The notes below the pieces were generated by a model, which worked only from the letters and a program-made list of their open reading frames with translations, made no database searches and was not told where the DNA came from. The translations under genes and the position numbers were made by a program. Positions 1 through 10,665 of a stretch of 64,000 bases of DNA are shown piece after piece. How positions within the stretch are numbered: the stretch's first letter is position 1; every line of letters starts with the position of its first letter. The stretch is taken from NCBI GenBank assembly GCA_963771355.1, contig CAVYTA010000006.1, positions 1,632,001 through 1,696,000 of the forward strand, written 5' to 3'. This stretch comes from an uncultured Candidatus Rokubacteria bacterium (GTDB lineage: Bacteria > Methylomirabilota > Methylomirabilia > Rokubacteriales > CSP1-6).

Positions 1-381
1 CCGTCGGGTGACCTTCTGCACCTCGGGGATGGGCGCCCCCACCGCGTCCGTCACCCGCTCCACGATCAGCTTCTGGCCCCGCGCCGCCGCGAAGGCCTCG
101 CACTTGGCCTTGGACTCCACGGAGTACTCGAAGATCCCGAGGTCGAGGTAGATGCCGTCGGTCCGATAGCCGTCCTCCAGGAGCACGTCCCAGAGAGCCA
201 GCGAGTCCTTGCCTCCGGACACCGCCACCAGGACCGACTCGCCGGGCTCGAGCATGCGGTAGTGCCGGATGGCCTCGCGCACCTGCTTCTGGAAGAACTC
301 GATGAAGTGCGGCGAGCAGAAGGCGGCGTTGTGGCGGCGTAGCTCCAGGGCCGCGGTGTCGCCGCACTTCCGGCACTTCAC
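1..381 (-). CDS. ttuA: tRNA 2-thiolation protein TtuA/TtcA family (PP-loop ATPase), 3' end outside window
   Basis: Manual translation from GTG at 381: MKCRKCGDTAALELRRHNAAFCSPHF...VLVAVSGGKDSLAL. It has an N-terminal Zn finger and the SGGKDS PP-loop, and overlaps the upstream sulfur-carrier gene (GTGA). Confidence 0.85.
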   Translation of the reverse strand, partial: MKCRKCGDTAALELRRHNAAFCSPHFIEFFQKQVREAIRHYRMLEPGESVLVAVSGGKDSLALWDVLLEDGYRTDGIYLDLGIFEYSVESKAKCEAFAAARGQKLIVERVTDAVGAPIPEVQKVTRR

Positions 382-581
382 CGCGCGGCTCCGCCCGAGA
401 TCACGGGCCGCAGCTCGATCTCGTCGTCCTCGCCCACCACGGTGTCGCCGGTGAGGAGCTCCGAGCCGCGGATGACCAGCACCGTCTCGGGGATGACGTC
501 GAGCTCGCGCAGCAGATCCTTCACACGGCGTTTGCCCGTGATCTCCACCTGGCGCTTGGGATACCGGAGGGTCACCTTCAT
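378..581 (-). CDS. MoaD/ThiS-family ubiquitin-like sulfur carrier (TtuB-like)
   Basis: 67 aa, MKVTLRYPKRQVEI...DEIELRPVISGGAAR. Beta-grasp size with a near-terminal GG. TATAAT lies at 595-600 (-). Confidence 0.85.
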   Translation of the reverse strand: MKVTLRYPKRQVEITGKRRVKDLLRELDVIPETVLVIRGSELLTGDTVVGEDDEIELRPVISGGAAR

Positions 582-626
582 GCGAGTACGTCCGATTATA
601 GCGCGTGGTACAAGGGTATGGTCGCC

Positions 627-1223
627 ATGAGTGCTCCCGACGCATCCCCCGCTCACGACGGCGAGGCGCGTGACGGTGCCGCACTCGCCCGCATCCCCTG
701 GAAGACGGTCTCGTCGCGCCCGGTCTACGCCAATCCCTGGATCCGGGTGCGTGAGGACGTGGCCGCGCTGCCCGACGGCCGGACGACCATTTATGGTGTG
801 GTCGAGTGCGCGGGCGCGGTGGGCATCCTGCCCTTCATCGATCCCGACACCGTGCTCCTGGTGGGCCAGTATCGCTACGTGGTGGGCGACTTCTACTGGG
901 AGATGCCGACCGGCGCCGCCCATGCCGGCGAAACCCTGGAAACGACCGCCCAGCGCGAGTTGGCCGAGGAGGCGGGCTACCAGGCGGGGCGCCTCGTTCC
1001 CCTCGGAAGCTTCCACACCTCGAAGAGCATCCTGCACGAGGTGGCCCACCTCTTCCTCGCGGAAGACTTGCGGCCGGCGTCGCGACCCCCTGATCCCACG
1101 GAGTTCATCGAGCGGCGAGCGTTTCCCTTCGCGGAGGCGCTGGCGATGGTCGAGCGCGGCGAGATCAAGGACTCGATGACCATCGTGGCCGTGCTGCGCG
1201 CCGCCCGTCTCCGCGGGCGCTGA
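627..1223 (+). CDS. NUDIX hydrolase (ADP-ribose pyrophosphatase-like)
   Basis: Nudix box GAAHAGETLETTAQRELAEEAG and IKDSMT motif. Start at 618 or 627. Confidence 0.9.
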   Translation: MSAPDASPAHDGEARDGAALARIPWKTVSSRPVYANPWIRVREDVAALPDGRTTIYGVVECAGAVGILPFIDPDTVLLVGQYRYVVGDFYWEMPTGAAHAGETLETTAQRELAEEAGYQAGRLVPLGSFHTSKSILHEVAHLFLAEDLRPASRPPDPTEFIERRAFPFAEALAMVERGEIKDSMTIVAVLRAARLRGR

Positions 1224-1227
1224 GGGG

Positions 1228-1998
1228 TCACGACTTCCCGATCAGCACCATGGGCCCCGACGGGGCGGGCAGACCGCCGGCGGGCTCGAGCGTCACGGCG
1301 AAGGCGTCGACCCGCCCCACCCCCGGCAGCGGCGACACCCGCAGGCTCGCTGTGCGCTGGGCGTCGACGGCGAACACCCCGGCGGAAACCGGCGGGCCCG
1401 TCCCCGCGATGGCCCACAGCTGATAGGTCTTCCCGGCCGGCGCGGGCGGCAAGCCCGCGGCCACGAGCAGCCCGCCCGCCTTCTCGTGCCACAGCATCCG
1501 CGCGCGTGCCTCCGGGCTCGGCGCCTGCCCGCTCAGTGCCACCACCTGGGTCGCGGGATCGCCCAGCATGGTGAGGAGGGACTGCTCCCGCTTCACCTGC
1601 GCATGGAGCTCGGCGGCCTGCTGGGAAAGGGCCTCCAGCCGCCGCTCGTAGCGGTTCGAGACCACCACCCCCACCGCGACGGCGGCGACGCCGGCCGCGA
1701 GCGCGCCCGCGAGCACCACGGTCCACCCGGAGCGACGCGGCCGCGGGGCCTCGGCGGACCGCCGCTCGGCGGCGAGGCGGGCAAGGAGCGCGGCCTTCAC
1801 CGAGGCGGGCGGAGCCTCCGGATGCTCGGCGGCGAGGCGCGCCAGGCTCTCCTCGCACCGGCGCAAGGCACGCAGGGTGTCCGCATCGCGCGCGCGCACC
1901 AGCGCTTCGAACCGCGCACGCTCGTCGCCCTCGAGCGCGCCGAGGGCATAGGCGGCGGCCAGCTCGCTCATCTCCTCCCGCTTCATCTCCCCACTCAC
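1228..1998 (-). CDS. Anti-sigma-K factor RskA-like
   Basis: ELAAAYALGAL N-terminus, one TM segment, YQLW and FAVTLEPAGGLPAPSGP motifs. Overlaps the sigma gene. Confidence 0.88.
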   Translation of the reverse strand: MSGEMKREEMSELAAAYALGALEGDERARFEALVRARDADTLRALRRCEESLARLAAEHPEAPPASVKAALLARLAAERRSAEAPRPRRSGWTVVLAGALAAGVAAVAVGVVVSNRYERRLEALSQQAAELHAQVKREQSLLTMLGDPATQVVALSGQAPSPEARARMLWHEKAGGLLVAAGLPPAPAGKTYQLWAIAGTGPPVSAGVFAVDAQRTASLRVSPLPGVGRVDAFAVTLEPAGGLPAPSGPMVLIGKS

Positions 1999-2567
1999 AA
2001 ATCGTCCACCTTGAAGAACCCCCGCAGCCGCTCGAGTCCCAGGCGCATCCGCGTCTTCACCGTGCCCAGCGGCTCGCCGAGCCGGGCGGCGATCTCGGCC
2101 TGGGTGAAGCCGCCGTAGAACGCCAGCTCGATGGCCTCCCGCTGCGGCCCCGGGAGCTGTTCCAGCGCTCCCTGCGCGAGACCGCGATCCTCGGCGGCCT
2201 GCGCGGGATCGTCGCCCCGCGTCTCGGGGCCGCGCGCCACGCGCTCATCCACCGGCGCCCCGAAGGTTTGATGTCTTCTACGGATGGAACGCAGCTTGTC
2301 GATGGCCCGGGTCTTGGCGCGCATGATGAGCCAGGCCTCGGGCGTGCCGCGGGCGGGATCGTAGCCGGCGGCGTCCTGCCACACCTGCCAGAACACCTCC
2401 TGCAACACCTCCTCGGCCGACTCCCGGTCGCGGAGCACGCGGCGAATCAGGCCGAAGGCGAGGCTCGCGTAGGTGTCGTAGAAGCGCTCGAAGGCCTCGC
2501 GGTCGCCGCGGGCGATGCGGGCGACGAGATCGGCGGCGGCGGATGACGCGGGAGTGCTCGCACGCAT
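1995..2567 (-). CDS. ECF sigma factor (SigK-like)
   Basis: Region 2 (AEEVLQEVFWQVW...YDPARG) and region 4 (LAFYGGFTQAEIAARLGEPLGTVKTRMRLGL). Start reassigned to ATG 2567. Confidence 0.9.
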   Translation of the reverse strand: MRASTPASSAAADLVARIARGDREAFERFYDTYASLAFGLIRRVLRDRESAEEVLQEVFWQVWQDAAGYDPARGTPEAWLIMRAKTRAIDKLRSIRRRHQTFGAPVDERVARGPETRGDDPAQAAEDRGLAQGALEQLPGPQREAIELAFYGGFTQAEIAARLGEPLGTVKTRMRLGLERLRGFFKVDDL

Positions 2568-2680
2568 GTCCTTGCCATGAGTACCAGAAGCTCTACCGCC
2601 GGACAATATCGCCGGCGACTCGACGGGGTGCGGCGGGTCCCCGGAGATCCGAAGGCGGCGTTCCGTGCGTAGAAGTAGGT

Positions 2681-3963
2681 TCAGGCGCCGGTTCGGCGGA
2701 CTACGCGGCGGGCCTTGAGCTCCCAGCGCGGCAGACTCCGCGCCGGTACGGCCACCGTCTCCACGCGGATGCCGAGCTGTACGCGCACCGCCTCCTGGAC
2801 CTGGGCGACAACGCTCCCGCCGGCCACGACCTCGAGGAGAAGCCGGACTTCGTCCATCTCGTGGCGACGGTACACCTCGATCATGAACTCGTCCACGGCC
2901 GGGAAGCGCCGGACGATGCCCTCGAGCGCGGAAGGGAACACGTTCACCCCGCGGACCACCAGCATGTCGTCCACCCGCCCGAGGAGCCCCCCCTCCAGAC
3001 GCAGGAAGGTGCGGCCGCACGGGCAGGCATCCGTGGCCACGCGCACGCGATCCCCGGTGCGGTAGCGCAGCAGCGGCGAGCCGTGCCGGCCCAGGTTCGA
3101 GAGCACCAGCTCACCCTCGCGCGCGGGCGCCCCGCTGCCGGGATCGATCACCTCGGCGACGAACTCGGTCTCGTTGACGTGGAGCCCGTTCTGGGCCTCG
3201 CACTCGAAGCCGTAGGCGCCGATCTCGGTCATGCCGGCGTGGTCATAGGCGCGCGCGCCCCAGAGCGCCTCGATGCGCGCCCGCACCGAGGGGATGCCCG
3301 CGCCCGGTTCCCCCGCATGCACGGTGGTGCGCACACCCAGCTTCTCGAGGTCCATCCCCCGCTCGCGCGCGGACTGGGCGAGATGGAGCGCGTAGGAGGG
3401 CGTGCAGCAGATCGCGGTGACCCCCAGCGTCTCCAGGGTGGCCAATCGCTGGGCGGTGTCCTGGCCACCGCCCGGAATCGCCAGCGCGCCCAGCGCCCGC
3501 GCGCCCTCGAAGCCGGCCCAGAAGCCCACGAAGAGGCCGAACGAGAAGGGAAAGAAGATCCGGTCGCCGGGTCCGAGCCCCGCCGCGCTGAAGACGAAGC
3601 CCCAGCAGCGCAGCCACCAGTCCCAGGATTCCGCGGTATCGAGCCACCGGATGGGTGCGCCGGTGGTGCCCGAGGTCTGATGGATCCGCACGTACCGGTC
3701 GAGCCCGTAGGTGAGATTGCCGCCGAAAGGCGGGGCCGCAGCCTGGTCCTCCACGAGCTCGCTCTTGCCGGTGAAGGGTAGCCGCGCGAAATCGTCCCAG
3801 TCCCGGAGGTCGTCGGCGCGGGTGACCCCCACCGAGGCCCACTTGCGCGTGATGAAGGCATTTGCGGGATGGATGGCCCGGGCCTGCGCCTGCAGGCGGG
3901 CCCACTGCTGGGCGCGGAGGGCCTCGGGCGCCTGGGTCTCGAGGCGCCGATCGAGGAAGCGTG

Positions 3964-3967
<4 letters not shown>
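2681..3967 (-). CDS. Phenylacetate-CoA ligase family protein
   Basis: QTSGTTG, CCTPSYAL, AGEPG, YRTGD and GRVDDMLVVRGVNVFPS motifs. GTG start overlaps the upstream stop. Confidence 0.88.
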
Positions 3968-5519
<1,552 letters not shown>

Positions 5520-5523
<4 letters not shown>

Positions 5524-6011
5524 CGCCGCTTTTGGGCCCGGCGCGAACGCGACGCCTTTCGCGCGTTGGCGGCCGCCCGGGGCCGGGCGGCGGGGGTCGA
5601 GGCCTTGGCGGCCTTCACCGCCATCGCCTCGATCTCGACCAGCAGCTCGGGCAGGACGAGCCGCGACACCACCAGGAGAGTATTGGGGGGATACACGCCG
5701 TCCGGAAAGTAACCGGGGAACACCTCCCGGCGGGCGCGCATGAAGTGGTCGATGTCGGTCGCGTGGGTGAGAAAGGTCTGGAAGCGCACCACGTCGCGCA
5801 TGCCGCAGCCAGCTGCGCGCAGGACCTTCTCGATGTTCGCGAAGGTCTGACGGGTCTGGGCCACCACGTCGCCCGGCCCCACCACGCGCCCTCCGTCTGT
5901 GCCCACCTGCCCCGCCACCACCACGATCTCACCCACGGGCGCCACCATGCCGTGCGAGTACATCCCCAACGTCGGCCCCAGCTCTTTCGACGTGACCGCG
6001 CGCGGTGCCAT
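5520..6011 (-). CDS. RidA/YjgF family protein with a basic C-terminal tail
   Basis: YSHG, AGQVG and LLVEIEAMA motifs. Confidence 0.88.
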
Positions 6012-6021
6012 GATGGCCGGC

Positions 6022-7440
6022 TCAGCTCAGGCGCACGTACTCGAACTCGAGTGGCTGGCCGTTGATCCCGCGGGGTGGGGCGGCGATCCAGCTGGCGAAG
6101 CGTCCCGGCTCGGTGACGGGCTGCATCAGGCTGCCCACGAAGGCCTGGTCCTCGGCGGTGGGGAGCCAGTCGTGGTGGCGCGCGTCCCACTCCGCCTCGC
6201 TCAGCACGCGGCCGTCCGGAGCGACCTTGACGTCGGCGAAGCTCCCGATGGCGCGGTGGAAGGCGCGGTGAGGCAGCCGGAGCTCGACGTCGATCCCATA
6301 GCTCCGGATGACCTGGTTCCACCGGTTCACGCCGCGCTGGCAATCCGCCACGTAGTCGTCGCGCAGACGCTCGTTGAGCGAGACCAGCGCCGCTTCCTCG
6401 CGGGTCCCGATGCGGTCCCCGACGAGATCGGCCACCGAGTAGGTGGCGCCCTTGAGCGTATGGTCGTCGTCCTTCTTCGTCTCCTCGAAGCGCCCCTTCA
6501 GGCCCATGGTGTAGAAGTTAGCCGCGTTGGTGGACACCTCGGAGCCGAAGAGATCGAGGGATACCGAGCAGTGGAAGTTGATGTACTTCTGGATGGTGGC
6601 GAGATCGAGGCCGCCGTGCTTGCGCACGTCCTCGGTACGGTGCTCGCGCATGAGCTCGCAGGTGCGCTGGACGATACGCTGCACGCCCGACTCGCCCACG
6701 AACATGTGGTGGGCCTCCTCGGTAAGCATGAAGCGGCACGTGCGGGAGAGCGGGTCGAATCCGCTCTCGGCGAGACTGGCCAGCTGGTACTTGCCGTCGC
6801 GGTCGGTGAAGAAGCAGAACATGAAGAAGGACAGCCAGTCCGGCGTCTGCTCGTTGAAGGCGCCGAGGATACGGGGCTTGTCGGCGTCCCCCGAGCGCCG
6901 CTGGAGCAGCGCCTCGGACTCCTCGCGCCCGTCCCGGCCGAAGTGGGCGTCGAGGAGATACACCATGGCCCAGAGGTGTCGGCCCTCCTCCACGTTGACC
7001 TGGAAGAGGTTACGGAGGTCATACAGTGACGGGCACGTGCGCCCGAGGTGCTGCTGTTGCTCCACCGAGGCCGGTTCCGTGTCGCCCTGGGTCACGATGA
7101 GCCGGCGCAGGACGCCGCGGTACTCGCCGGGCACCTCCGGCCAGGCCGGGCTGCCCTTGTGATCGCCGAAGTTGACCACGCGCCCGGGCTCGGGCTCGGC
7201 GAGGAAAATGCCCCAGCGATAGTCCGGCATGCGGACGTAGCCGAAATTCGCCCAACCCTGCGCGTCCACGCTCACCGCGGTCCGGAGGTAGACGTCCTTG
7301 GCCTGGAAGCCGAGCGGCCCCATATCCTTCCACCACTCGAGGAACTTGGGCTGCCAATCCTCGAGCGCGCGCTGGAGCCGGCGGTTCTCCGAGAGGTTCA
7401 CGTTGTTGGGAATTCGCTCGGTGTAGTCGATGCCGGCCAT
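6022..7440 (-). CDS. boxB: Benzoyl-CoA 2,3-epoxidase subunit B (di-iron)
   Basis: IPNNVNL, TQGDTEPASVEQQ, VNVEEGRHLWAM and MLTEEAHHMFVGE motifs. Confidence 0.96.
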   Translation of the reverse strand: MAGIDYTERIPNNVNLSENRRLQRALEDWQPKFLEWWKDMGPLGFQAKDVYLRTAVSVDAQGWANFGYVRMPDYRWGIFLAEPEPGRVVNFGDHKGSPAWPEVPGEYRGVLRRLIVTQGDTEPASVEQQQHLGRTCPSLYDLRNLFQVNVEEGRHLWAMVYLLDAHFGRDGREESEALLQRRSGDADKPRILGAFNEQTPDWLSFFMFCFFTDRDGKYQLASLAESGFDPLSRTCRFMLTEEAHHMFVGESGVQRIVQRTCELMREHRTEDVRKHGGLDLATIQKYINFHCSVSLDLFGSEVSTNAANFYTMGLKGRFEETKKDDDHTLKGATYSVADLVGDRIGTREEAALVSLNERLRDDYVADCQRGVNRWNQVIRSYGIDVELRLPHRAFHRAIGSFADVKVAPDGRVLSEAEWDARHHDWLPTAEDQAFVGSLMQPVTEPGRFASWIAAPPRGINGQPLEFEYVRLS

Positions 7441-9128
7441 CAGACTCTCCTCCGGTCGAATTCGGCGCGGTCCCCTGTCCCGTACACCTTGAGGGCCCCG
7501 CCCGCTCCCACCGCGTTCGGACGCTGGAAAATCCAGTTCTGCCAGGCGGAGAGGCGCGCGAAGATCTTGCTCTCGAGGGTCTCGGGGCCGCCGAACCGGA
7601 GCGACGCCTCCATGCCGGTGAGGGCGTCGGGAGAGAACGCCGCCCGCGCCTCCAGCGCGATGCGCACCTCATCCTCCCAATCGATGTCGTCGGGCGCGAA
7701 GGTCACCAGCCCGGCCTCCAGCGCGGCCGCCGCGTCCAGGTCCTGGCCGAGCCGCCCCTTGAGGTCGTCGGCCCGCGCGGGCTCGTCGAGAAAGCGGCTC
7801 GCGAGCCGGCCGAGGCCATTGACCATGGGATAGGCGCCGAGGTTCAGCGCGGTCAGGCGCACGGCGGCCGCCGGGCGGTCGTCGCCCTCGCGAGTCCCGT
7901 CCAGCATGTAGGACCGGTCGCAGGCGAGCGCCAGCTCGAGGAGGGTGCCCGCGAAGCAGGACCCGGGCTCGATGAGAGCGAAGAGCGAGCGGGAGGTCAC
8001 GTCCAAGCGCTTGAAGACCCGACGCAGGTAGAGCCGGATCTCCCGCACCAGCCAGTCACTCTGGTGATCGAGAAGCAGCCGGTCGTGGGCCTCCACGCCG
8101 TCGGCGCTGCCCACCGTCTTCCACACCCAGAGCCCCAGCTCCTCCTCGTTGGTCCGGAGGTGGAGAATCAAGTCGTCGAGCTCTCGCGCCAGAGCGAGGG
8201 GCCAGAACGCAGAGCCCAACTCGTGGATGGCGGCGAGTCCGGCGGGGGCCGGCGACTCGGGCGCGGCCACGGTGATCTCGGCGATGCCGCGCGCCCGGTC
8301 CAGCGTGCAGGTCACGTGGCGGTAGGCGATGTGGTCGCCCGTGATCGTCCGCTCCAGTGGGGAGAGCGCGATGCCACGGGCGTCCGCCGGACGGTCGCTA
8401 CCGGCGGCGCGCTCCGCGGCGCGCCGGCGCACCGTCTCCTCCAGCCGGGAGCGCGGCACCACCTCGTCCACCAGCCGCCACTCCACCGCCCGCCCGCCCT
8501 TGATGCCCTCCTCGAGCGTGCAGAAGAAGTCCGCCCGGTCCCGCCGCACATGCCGCTTGTCCACGAGGCGGGTGAGCCCGCCGGTGCCGGGGAGCACCGC
8601 CAGCAGCGGCACTTCCGGCAGCGACACGGTGGTGGAGGCGTCGTCGGCCATCACGATGTGCTCGCAGGCCAGCGCCAGCTCGTAGCCGCCGCCCGCGCAG
8701 GGGCCGTTCACCGCACAGATCCAGGTCTGGTGTGACTCCGCGGTCGCCTCCTCGATGCCGTTGCGCGTCTCGTTGGTGAACTTGCAGAAGTTCACCTTCC
8801 AGGCGTGGGTGGATTGGCTCAGCATGCGGATGTTTGCGCCCGCGCAGAAGACGCGCTCCTTGGCGGAGGTGAGGATGACCGCGCCCACCTCGGGGTGCTC
8901 GAAGCGCAGGCGCTGCACGGTGTCGTAGAGCTCGATGTCCACGCCGAGGTCATAGGAGTTGAGCTTGAGCTCGTAGCCGGGTACCAGTCCACCGTCCTCA
9001 CGGACGTCCATGGCCAGTGTGGCCACCCGCCCGTCCACGGCCAGCTTCCAGTGCCGATACCGGGACGGCTCGGTACGGAAGTCCACGGTCACGCGCGCGG
9101 TCTCGGCCATTGCCTCGTCTCCCGTCAC
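7440..9128 (-). CDS. boxC: 2,3-epoxybenzoyl-CoA dihydrolase
   Basis: YELKLNSYDLGVDIEL, WKVNFCKFTNETRN and LSAWQNWIFQRPNA motifs. Alternative start at 9110. Confidence 0.95.
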   Translation of the reverse strand: MTGDEAMAETARVTVDFRTEPSRYRHWKLAVDGRVATLAMDVREDGGLVPGYELKLNSYDLGVDIELYDTVQRLRFEHPEVGAVILTSAKERVFCAGANIRMLSQSTHAWKVNFCKFTNETRNGIEEATAESHQTWICAVNGPCAGGGYELALACEHIVMADDASTTVSLPEVPLLAVLPGTGGLTRLVDKRHVRRDRADFFCTLEEGIKGGRAVEWRLVDEVVPRSRLEETVRRRAAERAAGSDRPADARGIALSPLERTITGDHIAYRHVTCTLDRARGIAEITVAAPESPAPAGLAAIHELGSAFWPLALARELDDLILHLRTNEEELGLWVWKTVGSADGVEAHDRLLLDHQSDWLVREIRLYLRRVFKRLDVTSRSLFALIEPGSCFAGTLLELALACDRSYMLDGTREGDDRPAAAVRLTALNLGAYPMVNGLGRLASRFLDEPARADDLKGRLGQDLDAAAALEAGLVTFAPDDIDWEDEVRIALEARAAFSPDALTGMEASLRFGGPETLESKIFARLSAWQNWIFQRPNAVGAGGALKVYGTGDRAEFDRRRV

Positions 9129-9673
9129 CCCAATATCACCCAGAGCACCTTGGCCCGCTTGGACCCCAGGTTTTCCCAGACGTGGGGGCTGCCGCCATCC
9201 AGGTAAGCACTGTCTCCCGCCTTCAGGAGGTGGGTCTCATCATTGTAATGGAGTCCGACCTTGCCTTCGATGACATAGAGCAGCTTCATCTGGCCCGGCT
9301 CGAGGATCACCTTCTCGGTACGCACCCCCTTGCCGCGGGGCCCCAGCGTGGACATCACCGCCCGGATCTTGCCATGGAAGAGACCCGCACCGAGGACGTG
9401 CCACTTCTCGGAGCTTCCGTCGAACGACACCACGGGATAGTCCCGGCCTCGGGTGACGTGGAGGCGGCCGTTCGGCCCGGTCTCGAAGAGCGACGCGATG
9501 GAGACCCCCAGCGCGCCCGCCAGCTTGCCGAGGGTATGCAGGGAGGGCGTGAGACGCCCCGACTCGATCTGCGAGAGCATGCTCGGGGTCAACCCGGCCT
9601 TTTCCGCCAGCTGGCGCTGCTGGAGCGTCCGCTCCGCGCGCAGCGCCTTGATCCGCTCCCCGAGCGAGATCAC
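9125..9673 (-). CDS. XRE-family HTH regulator with cupin domain
   Basis: LAEKAGLTPSMLSQIESGRLTPSL HTH and LKAGDSAYLDGGSPH cupin. Confidence 0.9.
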   Translation of the reverse strand: MISLGERIKALRAERTLQQRQLAEKAGLTPSMLSQIESGRLTPSLHTLGKLAGALGVSIASLFETGPNGRLHVTRGRDYPVVSFDGSSEKWHVLGAGLFHGKIRAVMSTLGPRGKGVRTEKVILEPGQMKLLYVIEGKVGLHYNDETHLLKAGDSAYLDGGSPHVWENLGSKRAKVLWVILG

Positions 9674-10665
9674 GCTTCCGCCCGGAGTCCGGCCAGGCGG
9701 CGGAGCGCGCGCTCCACGTACACGCGCGTCATCTTCTTGCGGTACGGATGGGTGAAATCAGTGTTGTCCAGCGGCTTCGACGGCCGGCTCGCTCGATCCG
9801 CCGTCGTCGTGATGACCTCGGGGGTGAGGCGCTCGCCGACGAGCAGTCCCGCCGCCTCCGTGGCCTCGCGGGGCTGGGAGGCCACCGCACCGAGCACGAT
9901 CCGGGCGGTGCGCACGATGTCACCGTCCATGGTCAGCGCCACCGCCACCCCCAGCACCGGGAAGTCGAAGGCGCCGCGCCGCCGGAGCTTGAGATACTCG
10001 CAGCGCAGGCCCTCGGCGCGCGGCACCAGGATGTCGGTGAGCACCTCGTCCGGGCGCTTGGAAAGATACTGGATGCCGTCGTCCTGGTAGAGCGCGGTGA
10101 TGGGGATGACGCGCTCGCCGTCGGGGCCCACCAGCCGCACGTGGGCGCCCAGGCTCCAGAGCACCGGTGCGGTGTCGGAGGAGGACACCGCCCAGCAGCG
10201 CGAGCTGCCCGGCGCCACCAGGCAGATGTCGCCGTCCTTCTTCATGCAGAAGTTGACCGCCTTCCGCCACTGATAGGACTGGTTGTAGTAGTTGCAGCGC
10301 GTGTCCACGCAGACATTGCCGCCCAGGGTGCCCATGTTCCGGAGGATCGGCGTGGACACCACACCGGCCGCGGTGGCAAGCGCGGGAAAGGCCGCCACGA
10401 CATCGGCATGACGGGCCACCGCGGTGAGGGTGGTCCCCGCGCCGATGCGCAGCCCGCCCGTCGCCGTCGGCCCCACCCCGATGAGCTCGCGGAGGCCACG
10501 GAGCCCGACGAGGACGCTCGGCTCGAACTGCCGCCGCTTCATGTTGGGGTAGAGATCGGTGCCGCCGGCGACCAGCATGGCCGCCGGTCCGTGCTCGGCC
10601 ATGAGCTGGGCCGCGCCGGCCACGGAGTCGGGGGCTAGATAGCGGAAGGCGGGCAGGCGCATCAT
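9670..10665 (-). CDS. hcrB: 4-hydroxybenzoyl-CoA reductase beta-like FAD subunit
   Basis: AGGTDLYPNMKR, plus the Cys-rich 4Fe-4S insertion DTRCNYYNQS...CMKKDGDICLVAPGSSRC typical of HcrB. Confidence 0.8.
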   Translation of the reverse strand: MMRLPAFRYLAPDSVAGAAQLMAEHGPAAMLVAGGTDLYPNMKRRQFEPSVLVGLRGLRELIGVGPTATGGLRIGAGTTLTAVARHADVVAAFPALATAAGVVSTPILRNMGTLGGNVCVDTRCNYYNQSYQWRKAVNFCMKKDGDICLVAPGSSRCWAVSSSDTAPVLWSLGAHVRLVGPDGERVIPITALYQDDGIQYLSKRPDEVLTDILVPRAEGLRCEYLKLRRRGAFDFPVLGVAVALTMDGDIVRTARIVLGAVASQPREATEAAGLLVGERLTPEVITTTADRASRPSKPLDNTDFTHPYRKKMTRVYVERALRRLAGLRAEA

